From NCBI RefSeq assembly GCF_021028975.2, contig NC_059439.1, positions 22,692,001-22,746,139 of the forward strand: DNA of 54,139 nucleotides. Direction: 5' to 3'. A program made the position numbers and the translations under genes. This DNA comes from Sphaerodactylus townsendi. Its lineage: Eukaryota. Below the pieces are notes generated by a model. That model searched no databases, was not told the origin of the DNA, and saw only the letters and a list, made by a program, of their open reading frames with translations. The stretch's first letter is position 1. Each line of letters starts with the position of its first letter. Positions 48,597 to 54,139 of this stretch are shown here, piece after piece.

Positions 48597-48848
48597 TGTA
48601 TTGCTGAAGGCTTTCATGGCCGGATTCAACTGGCGCGTGGTGGAGGTTTCTGGGCCGTATGGTGTCTGGTGGACCTTGTTCCTAGCACGCTTCACCTGTA
48701 TTCGTGGGAGCTGGTAACTCTTCAGAGGTGTTACCCAGTGAATAACAGACTTCCCTCTGTGATACACCTCTGAAGATGTCAGGTGAAATGTTAGGAACAA
48801 GATCCACCAGACCACAACCACACAGCCCAGAAAACCCACCACAACCAC
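48597..48848. mobile_element. Penelope-like inverted remnant (second family)
   Basis: tattgctgaaggctttcatggc start as at 12712; cttcagaggtg...cacctctgaag inverted; shortened hammerhead cct-CTGAAGA-tgtcaggt-GAAA-tgtt-agg. Confidence 0.7.
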
Positions 48849-49749
48849 TTTAGCTATACTTCCCAGCACCCAAGCATTATTTGGTTGGGCCTGCTTCAAA
48901 CATACAACACATAGGGTTGGCTCCAACCAGCTCTTTTGCTCACAAAAAGGGGGAAAGGGTCCTCTTTTTGTTAAGTATATAATTGTGCCTGTGGACCTGT
49001 GACCTCATACTCCAGGGCTAATCAGGGCTCTGGGCCCACAGGCTTCATATCAAGCAGTGAACACTTAAAGAGTCCCAGGCAGGCTCCTTTAGTAAATCCT
49101 ATCAGGTAGGCTTTAGTAGGATTCTGTGTAGATCTGCTTAGGATTGTTCTCCACAATAGCAAACTTAATTCTAAAGGATCCTATTCAAGCATGTTCAGAA
49201 TCATTATCAGAGTATCTTAGTATAATTACCAGAGGAGGTTTGGGGACAATGCTTCTGCAGTTGTGTGTCACTCTGTAGCTTTATGCTGCAGCACCATGGT
49301 TATTGACTGGTTAGATAGAAGAACCTGATACCACCAAGTGATGCCATGAGCTGCATTCACAGCAGATACTATTTACTCAAGAGGTGTGTATTTATACACA
49401 GTGCTGCAGCAGTAACCCTGGGGTCTTTGTGTCCACTTTCTGTCTTTATCCTGGATCTGTTTCCAAACACCCTATTAAGGTGCTAGTGGTCTGTATGGAG
49501 TATGATCTGCAGTATGGACTAGATTGAGGACAGTTGGTTCAAGTACTGAACTAGGGGAATATTTCTTCTTTGAGCCAGGTACTCGAACTGGATGGTTTCT
49601 AAGTCCCTTTGCAGCATGTAATTCAGGGTGGATTTTTTTTTTACTTTCCAATGGGAATAGCTAAGTTGAAATCAGTGCATTAAAGCAAGCTTACTAGAAA
49701 CACTTCTAGGTGCTTTGGACGAACTTCAAGGTATCTAAAGCAGGAACGC

Positions 49750-49840
49750 TCGACCAATGGGAATAATTAAGAATCTCAGGCATTTTTGATCTGCAGTCAC
49801 CAGTGATGAATCAAGCTGCCAGAAATCCCTTTATAAAGTC
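49750..49840 (+). promoter_or_regulatory. Candidate promoter of the OR at 51705-52625
   Basis: O/E-like ACCAATGGGA (49753-49762) adjacent to TAATTA (49764-49769); TATAAA at 49832-49837. Confidence 0.4.
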
Positions 49841-50516
49841 TACATTCTAAAGGAACTCATTCTTGTTAGGTTCTACAAAGTACTATTTCTTTACTTGTAG
49901 GGAATAAAACAGAGGCATAGAAATACTCAAATACATGCAAGGAAGAAATATTTTTCTGTTCCTCAGTTTATCCTGCAAAGTTTGGGATCGTACAAGAGCA
50001 ACATATTACATTTCAAGTTTTATAGCCTCACATAAAAAAGGGGCCAGCACATTGGGTGAGTCTGGTTATGTTTACTGTACATGGCTGAAACATATCTAAA
50101 TGATACTGGAAGCTCACTGTGGCTGTAGGACTGGTGATATTCCTGTTCAAATCTCTACTCTACCATGTAGTTCACTGGATACCCTTAAGCTAGTCAGTTC
50201 TTTTACTAACCTACCTCATACGACTGTTTTGGAGAAAACAAACGAGGGGAAGACCTTATACATTGCCCTGAGTTCCTTGGGAAAAGAGATAAAAAATGAG
50301 CATCATTTTAACTGTACAATCAGTTTTAAGAAAGAAAGTAACATACAAAAGTCCAGTCTTCTTTTCTGGTATTCTGGCCAATGCAAGTGATGGAGACAGA
50401 AGGCTGAGAAGGAGAGGACATGGGGAGATTGCTTGCTGGTACAAATTTCCATCAAAAGTGGTAAGGATGGCTTGGGCCCAGTGGTTTTGCTTCTAAAGAT
50501 ATCATTTGATATCATA

Positions 50517-50770
50517 GGCTCATTCCGCACACGCAGAATAATGCACTTTCAAGCTGCTTTCAGGGCTCTTTGAAGTTAAAAGGAATGGCAAAACAGTTGT
50601 GAGCTTATGCATTATTCATGCAGCGGAATGAGCCTTAGTTCTTTCATACCGCGCCCGAAATAATGCGCTTTCAAGCTGCTTTCAGGGCTCTTTGAAGCTG
50701 GTGACGGGGATACTTAAAAAAACAGTTGTGAAAGCAGCGAAAGTGCATTATTCTGGACAATGCCCGGGGC
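50517..50770. mobile_element. Two tandem garbled copies of the ~140-bp MITE
   Basis: ggctcattccgcacacgcagaataatgcac...gcggaatgagcc (to 50634), then a second noisy copy. Confidence 0.65.
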
Positions 50771-51704
50771 TAAACACTGAACTGATGTTGGCTGCAGAAG
50801 AGCTTCATAAAATATTATTTTGTTGAAATTGGATACAATTTGAGCTGGGATCTTGATGAAGACCTGTATACACTGGACGCTCTTTAGGGACATCTGGGCA
50901 CCCCCCCCAAAAAAAAAAATAAATGTCACTAGTCTATTCAGCACTCTTTCCCTTAGGATTCTTTGTAGTAGTTGCCTAAAATGAAGCTCAACATTTACCT
51001 CTGATATTCTGACATGCAAGATTGGGTGGCAATTATAGTTTCTGGTCTCATCATTATTGCTGCCTGTACACCAAGGTTATTTTCTCATCATACATGCATT
51101 TTCCAAAAGATCTCCCTCTAAAGCAACATTATAGCATTAGTTAATACATATCAGTATTTTCTATGGTCATGGCCAGTGGCCCAGAAGATTTTCAGAGCCG
51201 TGTTGCTTGAGACTGTTTGGGAGATGAAAGGGATTATAGCTGTGACCTTCAACACACAAAGCAGATTCTTGACCACTGAGCCACAGCCCTTCAACAAGAT
51301 GAAGGACAAATGGAACACATACAGCCAAGTTATCATATTGATTTCCAACAATCCCAAGGTGAGTTATGAGGAACCTGCCAAGAATAGTTTTATTAAAACT
51401 GTCGCTAACTGCTTCCTACACTCTGGGTATGTCGGTTATGTGCCTTATTGAGAACCCCATATTCATCTCACACCGCGTCCACAATTGGGACAAAGGCGGA
51501 TGTTTGATGACAAATCAGTCACAGAACAACAGCAGTGAGTTGCTCTTCTAATATCCCTGTTGGAAGATCATATTCAGAAACGCCAAGTAACCAATGTAAA
51601 ATAGATGTTTGCTTTTTTTCATATGTCATACATCTTTATATATCGTATATTCATTATATATTCATATATTTCCTTCTTTTTATAGGTGTCACAGATTGTT
51701 AGCC

Positions 51705-52625
51705 ATGCTAGGAAACCAAACCGATAAAGGCTTCTTTTCTCTCCTTGGTCTTACCAACAATCTATGGCTCCAGATTTTCATCTTTGTCCTGTTCTTGATC
51801 ATTTATCTGCTAACTATAGTGGGGAATGTTATGATCATGCTGGCTGTAAAATTCAACCCTAATCTTCAGAACCCCATGTATTTCTTCCTGAGTCACCTCT
51901 CTTTCCTTGATGTTTGTTATTCATCTGTCACACTCCCAAAGATGCTGGAGATTACCATTGTCAAACAGAAGACTATAACTGTCAGTGGCTGCTTCATTCA
52001 GGCATTCTTTATTTTGTTTTCAGCCACTACTGAAGTATTTATGCTCTCATCTATGGCTTATGACAGGTACTGTGCCATATGCAAGCCACTGAATTACATG
52101 AACATCATGAATATGGCCTTCAATTGTAAGCTGGTGGCTACTTCATGGACAATTGGATTCTTGTATGCCCTTGCAAACACTTTGTCACTGTTCAGGCTAG
52201 AATTCTGTGGGTCAAACATCATAAGACACTTTAGTTGTGAGCTTCCTTCTATTCTCTCTTTGTCCTGCAGTGACACATTCATGAATAAAATGTTGTTCCT
52301 CATTTCTGGAGGCACAGTTGGTATAGTGTCCCTTTTTCTCACTGTGATCTCCTACATTCATATTATTTCTACCATCCTGAGGATCACCACCACAGAAGGG
52401 AGACAAAAAGCTTTCTCTACCTGCAGTTCCCATCTCGTTGTAGTGACTCTCTTCTACGGAACAGGTTACTTCCGCTACCTTAGACCAAGCTCAGCATCAT
52501 CAATGGTTTTGGATGAAATACTTTCCATACAATACAGCATCCTCACACCGTTGCTAAACCCTGTAATTTACAGCTTACCAAACAAGGAGATGAAGGCATC
52601 ATTCAAGAAGGTATTTCAACGATGA
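51705..52625 (+). CDS. Olfactory receptor, class II, OR8S1-like (306 aa)
   Basis: ATG at 51705 (gccATG, MLGNQT), downstream of the acceptor tccttctttttatag ending at 51685; PMYFFLSHLS, MAYDRY, HFSCELP, SIQYSILTP; paralogue of 38297-39217. Confidence 0.95.
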   Translation: MLGNQTDKGFFSLLGLTNNLWLQIFIFVLFLIIYLLTIVGNVMIMLAVKFNPNLQNPMYFFLSHLSFLDVCYSSVTLPKMLEITIVKQKTITVSGCFIQAFFILFSATTEVFMLSSMAYDRYCAICKPLNYMNIMNMAFNCKLVATSWTIGFLYALANTLSLFRLEFCGSNIIRHFSCELPSILSLSCSDTFMNKMLFLISGGTVGIVSLFLTVISYIHIISTILRITTTEGRQKAFSTCSSHLVVVTLFYGTGYFRYLRPSSASSMVLDEILSIQYSILTPLLNPVIYSLPNKEMKASFKKVFQR

Positions 52626-53269
52626 AATTTGGTGTCATTTTTAAAAAAAGAAGTATCTGTCCAATGTATTTTTCATCCACACTTCTTGATTATATATATA
52701 TCTCCTTAATGTGCTTTCAAAGAAGAACCAAAATATTGGGGAATCCCCATTGTTTATCCTTCCTGGTTTCTAAGCACTGTACAGGGGTAGGGACAAACAT
52801 CTGGATGTTCGAACTACGTTTATCCCATTTCACCGACGGCGGCCCGGTAGCGGCAACAGGAACATATCGGACATCGTTTGGTGGATAATATGGTTCGTTA
52901 TTGCGACCGGCGTTGATTTCCTGTATATTTCCAGCTCATGAAAGCCAGCATTGGCCAGGGGTTAAACATTTCAGGCTGTGACTTGGAAGACCCCGGTTCA
53001 AATGCCCACACTGCTATGAGAGCTTGCTGGGAAGCTTTAGACCAATCTCACACTCTCAGCTTAATCCATTTCACAGGGTTGTCATCTGGATAAAATGGAG
53101 GAGTGGGGAACTACATAAGCAATCTTTTAAGAAGTTTTTATTAATGTAATTTCTATTTTGTCCTTCTCCTTCCAGGCTCATAGTGGTTTACTAATAACCA
53201 AATGTTACTAATGCATTTGCATGTTACCAATGCATATGAATGTTACCAATGCATATGCATATTACCAAT

Positions 53270-53613
53270 ACATACATACATAAGCCTTTATTGGCATAGT
53301 CAGAAAAAAGTTACATGATTGGGAACAATTGCATGGATACATGATAGATAAAAGGCCCCACGGGGAGCACAACAAATACGTTCTAATGGGAACTCTCAAC
53401 TATCTCCGCAATGAAATTGGTGATCTCTTCACAAAGACCGAGGTCCAAGTTGTTTAACAATAGAGATAACCTAGTCAGATCAGGCAGCCCAGATTGGAAG
53501 AAAAAATGTAGGTTGGTATATTTAGATCTGATGTTATCAAATCTGGTGCAGTGCAAGAGTTGGTGAGTCAGGGTTTCAACCACATTAAGTTTACAACTGC
53601 ATAACCTTGCGGC
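53270..53613 (-). mobile_element. 5'-truncated LINE 3' end (RTEX-like ORF2 C-terminal zinc knuckle)
   Basis: Minus ORF RLCSCKLNVVETLTHQLLHCTRFDNIR (C-x-C...H...C knuckle), AATAAA plus (TATG)n tail, 10-bp TSD TATTACCAAT (53260-53269, 53614-53623). Confidence 0.8.
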
Positions 53614-53907
53614 TATTACCAATGCATATGCTTAAAATGTTACAAACATCTTACCATGAAGTAGACAGATTAAGATTCATGTAGAAGATTAAAATATTTG
53701 GTAGGACTGAATGCAAAGATTCTGCAGTGAACGAATTTTGGTCTTTATATCTGCAGATACTCACAAGAATCTATTAAAATATCTCAAAGACTCTGCATTG
53801 TAAGAGAATCTTTTCATTCCTGTCATTTAAAGCAGCAACAGCAGCAACACAAGTTTCAGATAATTAATTCATATCCGAAAGAATCAGAGAATATGTTCCC
53901 AAGTCTA

Positions 53908-54139
53908 GGCCGTTTCCGCACGGCGGCAGAAACGGCTGGGTCGGCGCTTCTTGCGCTGACCCGAAGACGCTGGGACCGTCCGCACGGACGGTCCCGGGAA
54001 GAGGCGGGCAGCCGGCGCCGCGGAGCGCCAGTGCTCGCACGACCCGGCTTGTCCCTGGGCCTCCGGCGCGTCGCCGAGGCCTGGGGACACGCCCCCTGGC
54101 CCTGCGTGCCTGCTCGAGCGGCGCAGGGCAGGGGGGCGT
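53908..54139. mobile_element. CpG-rich Harbinger-type element, partial (runs off the window)
   Basis: Starts GGCCGTTTCCGCACGG, the same TIR as at 10341 and 16210. Confidence 0.8.

Noticed and set aside
51609-51704. N-terminal extensions in the ORF track (also 1610-1627 and 18084-18092)
   Set aside because: They start at TTG codons, and two of them cross polypyrimidine/AG splice acceptors; the downstream ATG gives a normal OR N-terminus.
52800-52920. CpG-rich stretch as bacterial contamination or horizontal transfer
   Set aside because: It is very short and begins with the hAT MITE terminus; a garbled hairpin copy explains it better.

Overview
Vertebrate genomic DNA. The repeat families point to a squamate reptile, probably a gecko (inference). 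The window is a class II (gamma) olfactory receptor cluster with 9 intact single-coding-exon OR genes: three OR5V1-like, one OR10-like, three OR6/11-like and two OR8S1-like. It also holds one 5'-truncated OR6-like pseudogene, and there are two N-gaps. Intergenic DNA is dense in non-autonomous transposons: about 12 copies of a ~140-bp Harbinger-type MITE plus longer GGCC-ended relatives with 3-bp TSDs, palindromic hAT MITEs with 8-bp TSDs, a Helitron, tRNA-SINEs, CR1/L2/RTEX-like LINE tails and Penelope-like remnants. Most notable observations: (i) a telomeric (CCCTAA)n patch in register between two copies of a 57-bp duplication, consistent with telomerase-assisted break repair; (ii) a palindromic Penelope insert carrying a minimal hammerhead ribozyme motif on each strand; (iii) a ~1-kb triple-nested inverted-repeat structure; (iv) templated-insertion scars; (v) a probable gene-conversion tract between an OR and its truncated paralogue; (vi) an OR5V1-like subfamily with rewired conserved motifs and apparent splice-acceptor turnover; (vii) an unidentified stop-poor 1.3-kb segment. 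I found no evidence of a wholly new multi-gene system. OR family labels and repeat family names come from recalled motifs, not database searches.
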